Positions 36,928-49,237 of a stretch of 64,000 nt of DNA are shown piece after piece. Under the pieces are notes generated by a model that ran no database searches, was not told the DNA's origin, and worked only from the letters and a program-made list of their open reading frames with translations. Each line of letters opens with the position of its first letter. Position 1 is the first letter of the stretch. Position numbers and translations under genes: made by a program. Source of the stretch: Octopus sinensis (Eukaryota); contig NC_043000.1 in assembly GCF_006345805.1 (NCBI RefSeq), positions 38,006,001 to 38,070,000 on the forward strand, given 5' to 3'.

Positions 36928-38805
36928 TGTTTTTTCCTTCTTTCTTCAAATTTTCTTCCGTTTCTCGCCAAATGTTTTCCATACATCTAGGGCAGAGAAG
37001 CTCCTTGTATGCATTCCCAGATTACACACGCAAATTCACAGATAAAATATGTATTTAAAAATTAATAAATAAATTCATCGATGGATGTTATTTTCACAGC
37101 AATAGTGCTCTTCTCAGGACATGAGCCGTTCCAGTTAATACGATTTTTTGCACTTCCTGTAGGGATGGTAAGCCTGGAATCATTTTCAAATAGGTTTCAG
37201 TAACTATTTTTATCATTCCTAGATATCATACAATGGTACTGTAGTCGCCTTGAGATGCCACATTTTTTCAATTTCTATTAGCAGGTCTTTATATTTACTA
37301 ATCTTGCCAAATTCTTTCGCCGCTATATTGTGATCGTAAGGGATACTCATGTCAATTAATAAACACATCCTTTTTGTCTGATCTTTTATAATAATATCCG
37401 GTTTATTAGCTTTTATAGTCTTGTCGGTCTGTACGGGGAAGTCCCATAGAATCGACACATTTTCTCCCTCAGTCACAGCTTCAGGATGGTGTTTATACCA
37501 TTTGTCAGCGGTTTTGATTTTATAATACCGACATATTGTCCAATGTAAATATTTGCCGACTCTGTCATGTCTTGCTTTATATTCTGCAGGTGCTAAGACT
37601 CTACACCCTGAGATTAGGGGGTCTATTTTTTCAATTTCATTGTTACAGAATCGGCGTTTTGTGTCAGCTCCATTTTTATCACATTGGCTTGGTAGTTCCG
37701 GGTCAATAAGCTTTGGCCTTGAGCAGCTAATATGAAACCTTCACTCTCTGCTTTTAGCCCTGAGCTTCGTAACCATTGGTGCGTGTGATTCTGGTCGACA
37801 TCAGCTTGTTTGCTACGAGCCACATACTTGCCGTGGAGAGGTTTCTGTTCCCATCTGTTAGCTAAATTTTCATGTGCTTTTGTCTTTGCAGTTAATTTTA
37901 TTTTCTTTGCAGCTGCAGTTGGCGCATTTCCTTCAGCCTGATCAATCTGGTGGGTATCTAAGAGATCAGCAGCGAATTTTTTTGCTGTCTTTGAGAATAG
38001 AGTGAAGTCTTTTCAGTCTTTCATATTTTTCAACAAGTTTTAGCATCCAATCGTTGGTTGCTTCAAGGTATTTGGCCAGTCCGATTGTGGTGGTTTTGTA
38101 TGTAAGTTCAAGCTGGATCAAACCTCGACCTCCCTGAGCTCTGGGAAGGTAAAGGTGTTCCTCGTCTGCCTTTGGATGGTGCATCTTATTACAAGTCAGT
38201 AGCTTGCGGATTTTTATGTCAATTTTCATTATTTCACCGGTATTCCAGTTAAGCACATTGAAGCTATAAAGAACAACTGGTACTGCTAAGGAATTTATGG
38301 CTAACACCTTATTATATGTATTCAGCTCAGACTTCAGGACTGCTCGAACACTCTTCTATAACATTCTTTCCTAACCTTCTCTTTCATGCTTGCATGCTGG
38401 ATACCAGAGCCTTCCTTTATTCCTAGGTATTTATAGGTTTGTTCCTGCTCAAGTTCCTTTATTACTGTTTCGACATCTAATTCGATTGAACTTGACTTTA
38501 CCAATTTCCCTTTCTTAAAAGTGGCTTTGGCACACTTTTCAAGGCCAAACTCCATCCCGATATCATCACTGAATCCTTTCACAGTATGTAGTAGTTCTTG
38601 AAGCTCTTCATCATTTTTGCCATATAGCTTTAAATCATCCATATAAAATAGATGGCTTATTTTCCTGTTGTCAATTTTGTAGCCATATCCTGTTCTGTTC
38701 AGTTCACTTGAGAGTGGTATGAGTGCTATGCAGAAAATTATTGGTGAAAGTGAGTCACCTTGGAAAATTCCACAGTTTATGCTAATGTTGTTTGAGCGCA
38801 ATACT
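36928..38805 (-). mobile_element. R4/Dong-type LINE, 5'-truncated and frameshifted (RT, degenerate CCHC, REL endonuclease)
   Basis: GIFQGDSLSP, LFYMDDLKLY, YKYLG, LYLPRAQGGRGL, SEGFILAAQ, CRFC..., KPDIIIKD...LIDMSIP...KISKY, TGTAHVLRRALLL* (stop at 37094). The 3' UTR abuts a TAA/TAG tract. Confidence 0.92.
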
Positions 38806-39060
38806 CAATTAGGATGATATAATTGGAGCTTCCTGATGTGAAACTGCGTCTCTCGAAACAGGTATTGCAGTATTTCGGGGTGGTCACATTTTTTTTTGCC
38901 AAATAAACATATGCATTATATAAACGCTCTTCATTCGTTTAGTACTTTTTTTTTACTTTCGTCACACATCTGCGACTTCTTGAGCGACACTTTCTATCTT
39001 CGTGTGTGTTCCTGCTCCACGAGATTAAGCAGAAACTGAAAGAAACCCGTTGCAAATATG

Positions 39061-39219
<159 letters not shown>

Positions 39220-39235
39220 ATATATATAGATATAT

Positions 39236-39282
<47 letters not shown>

Positions 39283-39403
39283 GTATATACATATATATAT
39301 ATATAACGGGAAGCTTTATGAAAATAAACAAAAGACGAAGGCAGGTGGAAAACAAACGAACAATTGTATTAGTATGGCGCTCAGGAAATATAAATGAAAC
39401 AAG

Positions 39404-39441
39404 TCTTTGACGTTTCGAGCCTACGCTCTTCAACAGAAAGA
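39404..39441 (-). ncRNA. Variant minimal hammerhead (core CUGUUGA) in the element's 3' terminal repeat
   Basis: Reverse complement: TCTTT-CTGTTGA-A-GAGC-GTAG-GCTC-GAAA-CGT-C-AAAGA. 5-bp stem I, GUC cleavage triplet. Confidence 0.7.
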
Positions 39442-40301
39442 TACACAGAGAGAGAAAAACACAGAAAGAAGGAGAGAAAAAAAATGCGTGCAGTAGCTAA
39501 CGAATCAACATGGCGATCTGATTTCGGCCAGAGGTCAAAGATCAAACATGAGACGCGAGAGCGAAATAAGGGGAGATAATAGGGTTGAGGGACCAGCTAA
39601 AAGTGCGTGGGAGGGGTCTGGATGTGTGTATGTATAGGGTTGGTGTATGTATTAGTATGTATAAGGGTGTGTGTGTGTGTGTGTGTGTATGAGAGAGTAT
39701 TAGTGCGTAGGATTGGTCTGGACGTGCGTATGTATGGGGTTGGTGTATGTATTAGTATGTATTAGTATGTATTAGTACGTATTGGTATGTATAGGTGTGT
39801 GTGTGTGTGTGTGTGAGAGAGTATAAGTGCGTATGCGGGGTCTGGACGTGTGTATGTATAGGGTTGGTGTAAGTATTAGTATGTACTAGTATGTATTAGT
39901 ACGTATTAGTATGTATTAGTTGGTGTGTGTATTAGTATGGCACATCATATGTGATGTGATGTAAAGTCATGTGGTGTAGTGAGGAGAAGAGGGGGGAAGA
40001 GGGGGAGAGAGAGGGGGGGAGAAGAGGGGGGATAAGGGGGGGGCGGGGAAGAAGAAGAGGGGGAGGAGAAGGGGGGAAGAGAGAGGATGGGGGAGAAGGA
40101 AGGGGAGGAGGGGGATGAAGGAGGAAAGAGGGAGAGGGGGAGAGAGAAGGGGAGAGAGGGAGTGAGGGAGCAGAGGGAAGGGGAAGGGGAGGGAGAAGAA
40201 GAAGAGGGAGAAGGGAAGGGGAGTAGGGGTGAAAGGATGAAGGACTGAAGAAGTAGGGGTCGGGGGGAGAAAGGATAGGTGAGGAGGGGGGGAGAGGGGG
40301 G

Positions 40302-43206
40302 TTAGATGAGGAGGGGGGGAGAGTTGAGACCAAATGGCGTATAAGAGCGAAGAGAGAAGATTAATTCCTGTTCACGGCGCAAACGGGAATCCGGATGGCC
40401 TCTGTGTAAGGACAAACCGAACACAGATAGGTGTTGCAAGGAGTGACCGGTGGAGCGGAAATGGCGTGAGACCGGTGTGTCGTTCGCAAGGTGGATGTCA
40501 CGAAGGTGTTCCGCGAACCGGTCAGCCAAGCGGCGTCCCGTTTGTCCGATGTACAAGGAATTGCAGAGAGAGCAAGAGATGCAATAGATAATATTGCTGG
40601 ATGTGCAGGTGAAGGAGTGGATGATGGGATAGGGTCGATGGTGGGTGCTAGTGAGGCGGGTGGTGTTGGAGAGGTAAGGGCAAGTGCGGCAACGTGGGCG
40701 GGAGCAGGGGAACGAGCCGGGTTGGGAGGTAGGGTCAGGGAAGGAGCTATGGACCAAAAGGTCTCGAAGGTTGTGGGCTCGTTTGAAAGAGGGGAGGGGT
40801 CGGTTAGGGAAGAGGTGTGAAGTGGACGGGTCGGACTGGAGATGACGGAAAGCTCGAAGAATGGTGCGTTGGAGACGTAGGGTCGTGGGGTGGGTGGTAG
40901 TGAGGGGAAAAGGGAGGCGGGAGACTACAGGGCGGGTTCGGGGAGAGAGAGCAGATACACGGTCCGCGGACCGTGCTCTGGCAAGGGCGGTGTGGATAGT
41001 GGTGAGGGGGTATCCACGTAGGGTGAAGTGGTGAGCCATACGTTGAGACTGAGTCTCAAAGTCACGGTCGTCACTACAGAGCCTACGTAGACGGAAATTG
41101 GGAATAGGGGATGGAAAGCTTGGTGTGTTCTGGGTGGGAGGAAGAGAAGTTGAGGTATGAGTGTGAGTCTGTGTGTTTGTAGTGAATGGAGGTGGTAAGA
41201 GTGGAGTGAAGAATGCTAACCGAAATGTCGAGGAAGGAGACAGAGGTGTTGGAGATAGTGGAAGTGAAGTGGAGGGCTGGATGGAAAGATTGGACGAAAG
41301 AGAGGAAGGAATCTAGATGTTCGCGGGAGAGTGAGTTGGCACCGATAATGTCGTCAATATAACGACCATATAGTTCAGGAGTGGGACCAGTGAAATTAGA
41401 GAATATTTGGGCCTCAACATAGCCAACGAACAGGTTCGCATAGTTGGGGCCCATTCGCGTTCCCATGGCCACTCCCGAGATCTGATGGTAGAACTCGCCC
41501 GCGAACGAGAAGCAGTTCAGAGTAAGGACAAGTTCGGCCAGACGAATGAGTGTGGAGGTGTCAGGTACAGGGTTAGAGCGGAGGTCAAGAAAGTGTCGAA
41601 GGGCCTGCAGTCCTTCGTGGTGAGGGATAACAGTATAGAGGCTTTGGATGTCCATAGTAAAAAGGATTTTGGAGGAGCCGGGAGGAAAGGAGAAAGAGTT
41701 GAAAAGCCGGAGAGCATGGTTGGTATCGTGGATGTGGGAGGGAAGAGATGCCACTAGGGGGGCAAGGACACGGTCGAGGTATTTAGAGATGAGCTCCGTG
41801 GGGCAGTTACAGGCGGAGACGATGGGGCGGCCAGGGTTGTTGGGTTTGTGGATTTTGGGGAGGAAGTAAATGGTGGGGGTACGTGGGGTTCGCACAATCA
41901 GGTTGGATGCGGTGCGGGGGAGACGGGAGGACGAGATGAGGTTTTGGACAGTAGAGGATACCGTCTGTTGGTAGCTACGTGTGGGGTTAGAGGGCAGAGG
42001 GGAATAGAAGGAGGTGTCATTGAGTTGGCGGAAAGCCTCGGCCCTATAGAGGTCCGCGCGCCACACCACTACAGCTCCACCCTTGTCAGCCGGTTTGATG
42101 ATAATGTCAGCGCGCCGTTGGAGGGAACGAAGAGCCAAGAGCTCAGCCGGGGAGATGTTGAGGCGGCGTTGGCGCCTGGAGAAGTTGAACCGCTCCAATG
42201 CACGCTGACAAGCGCCCGCAAAAAGATCCACTGCTAGGATCTGGCCAGGGGCAGGCGTCCACGGGGATGGTCGGCGGGCCAGTGAAGCAGTCGTCCTCTT
42301 CGTTGGGTGTGGGTGGCGAGTCGTGGTAATGCGCACCCAACCGGACACGGCACACAAAGCTGTGGACATCAACTCGCGTCTGGAATTCCTTACAGGATGG
42401 AGTGAGGGGGATGAAACGCAGACCCCTACCAAGGACGGAGCGTTCAGCCGCAGAGAGGGGAAGATCGGGGGAATGGTAACAACAGACGGAAGTGGAGAAG
42501 GGGTGGGTGAATAGAAGTAGGAGGGGTGGTGTAGGTCTCGTGGAGGTCTGAGGGGGAGGGATTGGGGAGGTGTGTGGGGGTGGTTGGGCGGGGCAGTAGG
42601 GTTAGGTGTAGGTGGATGGAGCCTAACGGGAGGGGAGAAGGGGCTGTAGGGAGGGGCAGTGGGGTTAGGTGTGGGTGGATGGAGCCTATCGGGAGGGGAG
42701 AAGGGTGGTGGAGGAGTTGGGTAGGGGGGTGGTCGGGTAGGTGGAATGGAAGAGTGATTGGAGTTTACGAAGTTTGGTATCAGAAAGAAATTGATGGAAG
42801 AGTTGATTCAAATGGATAATGAAGCGTAGCGTGTTTGGAGCATAGAGAGGCGGCAGAGAGGAGAAGAAGGTGGAGAAAGCAGGAGGAAGAAGGCGGTTGA
42901 TGGCATGTAGTTTGGAGAGATTGGAGCGAATGGTGGCCGCATAAGGCGGTAAGATGTGGTGCGGAGTATGGGTAAGATGGAAGAATCCGAGTGGAGAGAA
43001 GGGTGGAAGTGGAGGCGGAAACCTTTAGGGATGAGTCGGTGATGTAGGCAGCGGCTTAGGAAAGAGACATGGCTAGAGAAGCGGGTTTTTTTAAAAAGAA
43101 GTAGAGAGAGATTAACGGACGGCTGAAGGCAATATACAGGAAGCGAACGTAGATGATCCTTCAAACGGTGATGGAGGGTGAGGAGGTAGGACCTAGGATC
43201 CGGCAT
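40302..43206 (-). pseudogene. Penelope-like RT/GIY-YIG polyprotein with three frameshifts
   Basis: ATG at 43206 (MPDPRS...FLSRCLHHRLIPKGF); KPADKGGAVVVW, LPKIHK...GRPIVS, GVAMGTRMGP, RYIDD, FLD; CSRPRCRTC; NIIYCISCSLC..LYIGQT...RFAEH. Frame changes near 42950, 42285 and 41090. Confidence 0.93.
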
Positions 43207-43394
43207 GATGGGATAGCGGAAAAAAAAACGTTCGAAAAAAAACAAAAAAACAAAAAAACAAAAATCGATTATCGATGAAAAAAATAGAAAAAGAGGATAG
43301 CGAAAAAAGGGGAAAAAACAAACGTTCAAAAAAACAAAAAAATAATAATCGTATGAAAAAACTAGATATAACACACTAAAACACACACACTAAA

Positions 43395-43427
<33 letters not shown>

Positions 43428-43476
43428 GATATATATATATATATAATATATATATATAATATGTATATATATATAG

Positions 43477-43564
<88 letters not shown>

Positions 43565-44007
43565 TATTATGTATATATATATATATAATATGTTATATAT
43601 ATATTATATATATATATAATATGTATATACAGCATGGCCTCAGCCGGATGGCTGAAACAAGTAAAAGAGTAAAAGAGTATATATATATATAATATATATA
43701 TATATATATAATATATATATATATAATTAATTAATAAGGGTGAGAGAATTAGATACTAATTTAATAGTATATTTATTCAACACCAAGTGGCCTAGTGCTA
43801 CGAGAACCTGGATTATTATAATATTTTATAACATATCATAATATTTTTAAAAAATAAATATAAGAGAGTGGTCACTATATTGCTCACTCTAGCACCAGTT
43901 AATCCAAAAGGTTTCAACCACGAAAATACATGTTTCCCATGAAAGCCAGTACGAATGTTAGCTCACACGGACAGGGCAAGTAAAAAATAACAAAAATACA
44001 GATTATT

Positions 44008-44085
44008 TTGGGACAATTGTTTCGCTATTAATGAATTAAATGTAATATTACTTACAAAAAAATCCATTTGTAGCTCGTCAGCCAA
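44008..44085 (-). ncRNA. Canonical minimal type-I hammerhead ribozyme
   Basis: Reverse complement: TTGG-CTGACGA-GCTA-(43-nt loop)-TAGC-GAAA-C-AATT-GT-C-CCAA. All core nucleotides are present; palindromic ACAATTGT; predicted cut 3' of the C at 44012. Confidence 0.87.
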
Positions 44086-44129
44086 GACTATTATATTATA
44101 TATATATATATATATATACACATATATAT

Positions 44130-44470
44130 GGAGGAGACTCTCCCTTCGGTCATGAATGACCGTGGGATTGCATCTAGAAAGTTACCCTCCGAGGTACAAG
44201 CCCGGGAAAGGTTGTTTGTGGAAGGCCAACAGTCGCCCATGCATACCAGCCTCCCTTCACCATGTCAACGATTTTATCCAAGGAAAAGGCAAAGGCCGAT
44301 ACAGCTTGGCACCAGTGACGTCGCAACTCATTTCTACAGCTGAGTGAACTGGAGCAACGTGAAATAAGTGTCTTTCTCAAGAGCACAATACGCAGTCCGG
44401 TCCAGGAATCGAACTCACAACCTTACGATCATAAACTCGACGCTCTAAAAACTGAGTCATACGCCTTCAC
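44130..44470 (-). mobile_element. tRNA-derived SINE (head shared with 17601)
   Basis: Reverse complement gtgaaggcgtatgactcag...gttgtgagttcgattcctgg...aagacacttatttcacgttgctccagttcactc. Confidence 0.8.
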
Positions 44471-44508
44471 ACACGTACACACACGCACACACACGCACAC
44501 ACACTAAA

Positions 44509-44553
<45 letters not shown>

Positions 44554-47440
44554 CACATCCACACGTTTATGAATTCGTGTTGCAAGATTCCTAATGTGAA
44601 AGCGTATGTTGAAACAGATATTGTTGTATTTCGGGATGGTCATTTTTTTCAAAATAGACACAGTTCTTCATTCGTTTATAATGTCCTTTTTCATCTGAGC
44701 TCGGATTTTCAGAAAAAGAAATCAGCCAGCTAATATAATCACTAGAAATTTAATCTGTAAACCGAACAGTAAAAATATGCAAGACTTTTCTCAGATTTAA
44801 TATGTATCTTCACGCAGGAAACCTCGCCATCTACAAAGAGTGTTTGGGTCTTCCCATTCATCGCATTTCCGAAACAGCTGTAAAGAAAATACATCCTATG
44901 ATATACTTGTAATATGTCATGAATGAATTCGTATGAATGAATGAATGAATGAATTCGTATTATTTATCAGTGAATAATAGCAACATATGAAGCGTAAGGT
45001 TGTGAATATTAGCAAAACTAGCATGATGTAATGCAAGACATCCAGACAAGCCACGTGACTTTGATGGCAATCCCCAGCCCTTGATGTTATTGTTCAGAAG
45101 TTCAATACATAGCAATGTACTTCAGTGACGCACAAATTAATCTGGGACGTACGAAGTTGGTAGCAGTCACTTTGTGAAGTTGATAAACTGATGATAAGCT
45201 TGGATCACATGACACAAGGCTTATGATTATCCATCCTAATCTTATGGATGTGGAAACTGGAGATGTAGCTCAGTTCATACATACATACATACATACATAC
45301 ATACATACATACATACATACATACATGCATATATGCATACATACATACATACATGCATGCATACATACATACATACAAGCATGCATACATACATGCATAC
45401 ATACATACATATATATATATATACATACATATATACATATATGCGTTTGTGTATATATATATATACGTATGTGTGTGAGCGCGTGTTTGTGTGTGTGTGT
45501 GTGTGCGCGTACATATTCGTTTATGTGCGTGTGCATATGTATATGTGTGTATGCATGAATATATATTTATGGTTGTATGCATATGTGTGTGTGCGTGTGT
45601 GTGTGTGTGCGCGTGTGTGTGATGTGCTGTGTATTAATAGCATATTAAATGCTGAAAGGGTTTAGAAAGGCCAACGAGTATAATAGCTATTTTTTTTCCT
45701 GAGATACCTCAGTGATGTGTGAACATCATAGGATTACAGTAATATGTTTTAGATAGAAGACAATAACTCGAGGACGGTTTACACGCATAAAATAACAAGC
45801 CATAGGTTTAAGTGAGGTCAATATAGTCATAAATAAACGGCATCTCTAGTTTTGTTGAAGACGAGATGTTTTCATCTCGAATTGAGCAGAAAAACATTGA
45901 TTAAATCAGGGATATCTGTAAAAATACGATGGTCCAACGCTAAAATCTGTCGCTTACGAATTATTCATGAAACTACACGAAAATTATCTGGACCCTCTTT
46001 GGGTTGGATTGGGGGACTTTTTTTTCTTTTTGATCTTTTTTGTTTTTATTTGCTATTCTTTTATGTTGAATTTTTGAATTTATTTTCTTTTTCTTTAGTA
46101 ATATAAACGTTAGTGAATGTTTAAATGAATGTCGAGTATCGGCCATTGAAAATATTGAAAGTGATGTTTTATGTAAGGAATAAATAAATAAAAATCAGAG
46201 AAAAACAGCAGTAAAACAAGATAAAAACAAGAGTAACAAATCTTAATTATAGTTAACCGGTTGTAAAACCTAGCATAAGAACTATATTAATTATTGTATC
46301 GCCTCCACAACAGAGATAGGAAGCAGATTTGAAAATGAAATTTATAGCTTCAGTTGAGTGTCATCATTGCCATTCATGTGTCTCCCGCTACCGTTTTCTG
46401 GAGTTCCCTATCTCCACTCTGGCTTTAGAATCGCCAAACACATCATGCAGGCGAACTATCAAAGATTTTTATCTGCTTCACTCGAGGGAAATGGCGGTTT
46501 ATAAGAAGACTTAATACAGCGTCCTGAAGATGAAGCCACACTTGATCATTGCGAATGGCCTTTTCTGGCCGCTTTGCTGTGTTTTCTAGGCGTCTTTTAT
46601 GTCGTCAGTAAATTTTGGCTTTCTTCTTATGTCAATTTCTGATGACATCGATAGATAAAAACAGAACAAAAGAAAGAAGTAAAAAAAAAAAAAAAAGAGA
46701 GAAAGCGGAAAGGGGAAAAATATAGAAATAAAATGAAAAGCGGGGAGAGGAAAAGGACAGCGAGAGATCTGAGTTCAACCATTATTTACAGCAGTTATTT
46801 TTCCATTCGTGACTCTGATATTTATGAATAGTCGGCAGAGTTCTGGGAATTAATGTTGGAAGTGATTCCATCTGTTAAGCACAAAAAGACAAACTGTATT
46901 TCGAAACGAAGATGTTTGCTTTTCTACAAACGGTATACAATGTCTTTTTACACACACACTCAGTGTATCTTAATGTAATATATGCTACGCTATATTTCAA
47001 ATGACAAATCTATTATGATAGATGAACTGAAAATAATATATTCCGCTACGTGATATATTGTCATATATTTATATTAGCAGATTGTATATTGCCAAGTATC
47101 GTGTATTAGCTGTTTATGCTTAATTTTCTGTGATAATATACATCGAAATTACAATGAGCTTCTCCACCACATCTGACAACGTATCAATCGCAGCCGAGAA
47201 ATGGTATCATCCACGATGTAGAGAGATAAAGCAAAAATTGATTTTTAAATAGGAAAATATACTTCATCTGACAATTTTTCTAAATATTTATTTTTATTAA
47301 TAATTTTAATACTTTAATAATTCGGCGATCAACGTTACTGAATGCATTTGGAATAGAAAACAATGTGAGTCTCACCATTTCTTATCCTCAAGGAATAGAT
47401 TTCTTTTCTGCTTCCTTCGAAGGAAATCTATCATTGCTTC

Positions 47441-47620
47441 CAGTTCTATATTTAAGAGATGAGGAATTATGTACATTATTTACATTATTTACATTACTTA
47501 CATTTGACGGATATTTGTCCTCATCTTGCTTGTTGTTAACACAAAGTTTCGGCTGATATACCCTCCAGCATTCATCAATAGTCTTGAGAAAATTTCGAAC
47601 CTGGGTTCTCATTCCTAAGG
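47441..47620 (-). mobile_element. Penelope-type terminal repeat with decayed hammerhead (47538-47583)
   Basis: Reverse complement: actat-TGATGA-A-TGCTG-gagggtatat-CAGCC-GAAA-CTT-T-GTGTT; C3, the first stem II base and the palindrome are mutated. Confidence 0.6.
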
Positions 47621-47739
47621 CAAACAGACAGGTGAATGGACACCTCCATAATATTGTACAATCTCTCACATCCGCCATAAGCAGCAACTTCTCCAAAATT
47701 GACAAAGTTCATTTGATTCAGATATGAACGGGTGTGACA

Positions 47740-48828
47740 AAAGTATTCTTAACATTATTTATTTCAAATAGTTTTCGAATACAGGTACTTGGTTGATATT
47801 TCCTGTTCCTGGATTGCAAACGCATACCCTTCAAAATGGGAGGTAATAATCCGTCTATTCGTCCATGATAAACTGCTTTGATGATCAATGTTGCTATCAT
47901 CATGGAGCTTTCTAATAACATATTCATGCATAGTATTCTGCTCATATATTCTCATCCTTTCATCTAATGATACGTCGCAGTAGAATCGTGCCAATTATTT
48001 GAGCATGTATTCTGGGCTATCAGACAAAGAGTGTTGCTGTAGGACCTGCCTTCTAAGTCTTATGATGTTATCAGTCTCATATATGCAAACTTGGTCAAGG
48101 GATGCACTTCGACGCTTGGTGGTTAAGAGATGTTACCGAAGGGATATACTACGACATTCAAAGACATTTTCGATTGATGTTAAGCCTCTGCCGCCTTGTT
48201 TTCGTTTTAGGCAAAGGCAGTCTACGTCACTGTTAATGTAGAAATTATGTGTGCTTGTTAGTATTTTTCGGGTTTTCACATCAATGGCTCGTCCAATCGA
48301 GCAACCCAAATGTTGGTATGAGTACTGGCACTGCAAACACATTGTGTGCCAATGTTTTACTGAATGCAGAGTTCTGAGATCCAAATTTTCGTTATACGGT
48401 TGTGACATTCTTTAGTCACACGTGTTTTGTTACAGGTGCCATTTGTAAGATATGTTTTCATCCACCCTTAGATATCTGTAACATTCCTCATCAGATATAG
48501 GGGAGACAGTCAAATCATTTATGGAGATATTACTAGTCTGGTTTATAGTTTTCCCCATTTTCACAACCATATAACAACAATTATACTCCCCAAAATCCAA
48601 TCCTACATACTTTGAGAATGTTGCAAGTAGATCAAGGCTCTTTTTCATCTCATGCCTATTCTTTGCATAAAGTTTTGAGTCATCTACAAAGAAACAGTGT
48701 GTAATTTTGGTATTTCTGATTCCATGTGAACCAGTGAGATATCCTTCAGACTTCCTTAACATGAATGACAATGGGTTTACAGAAAGCATAAACAACATCA
48801 CAGAGAGGCTATCTCCTTGGAATATGCC
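47740..48828 (-). mobile_element. Older R4/Dong-type LINE RT fragment
   Basis: GIFQGDSLSV, FFVDDSKLYAK, YRYL, IDVKTRKILT, RKQGGRGLTSIE, FEGYAFAIQEQEI; several frameshifts. Confidence 0.8.
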
Positions 48829-48857
48829 TATGTATGTATGTATATATACACACACAT

Positions 48858-48888
<31 letters not shown>

Positions 48889-48904
48889 CATATATATATA
48901 GTGA

Positions 48905-49171
48905 GAATTTACAAAAACAAAACAAAACAAAAGACGAAGACGGGTGTGTAAACAACAAATATGTGTATTAGTTTAACGCTGGGGAATTGAGAAAGTCTTT
49001 TATGTTTCGAGCCTACGCTCTTCGACAGAAAGGAATACAGAAATAAATAAACAGGGAGAGAAAATAAAAAAAGGTTTAGTGGCTAGCGATATATAATGGC
49101 GAACATATACATATATGTAGTGATACAGCATGACCGCAGCTATGAAGCTGAAGCATTTTAAAGAATTACAC

Positions 49172-49237
<66 letters not shown>

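Larger units (their letters stand above)
39308..43390 (-). mobile_element. Penelope-like retroelement (RT + Cys motif + GIY-YIG), near full length
   Basis: ORF pieces 42808-43206, 41083-42432 and 40302-41039, followed by a ~900-bp low-complexity 3' UTR and a hammerhead-bearing terminal repeat at 39308-39520. Confidence 0.93.

Noticed and set aside
40334-42819. Plus-strand ORFs overlapping the Penelope element
   Set aside because: They are antisense shadows of a GC-rich coding strand with no recognisable motifs.
47150-47245. Short frame SIAAEKWYHPRC resembling a motif I recall from uncharacterised transposon proteins
   Set aside because: It is too short and has no flanking homology or TIRs.
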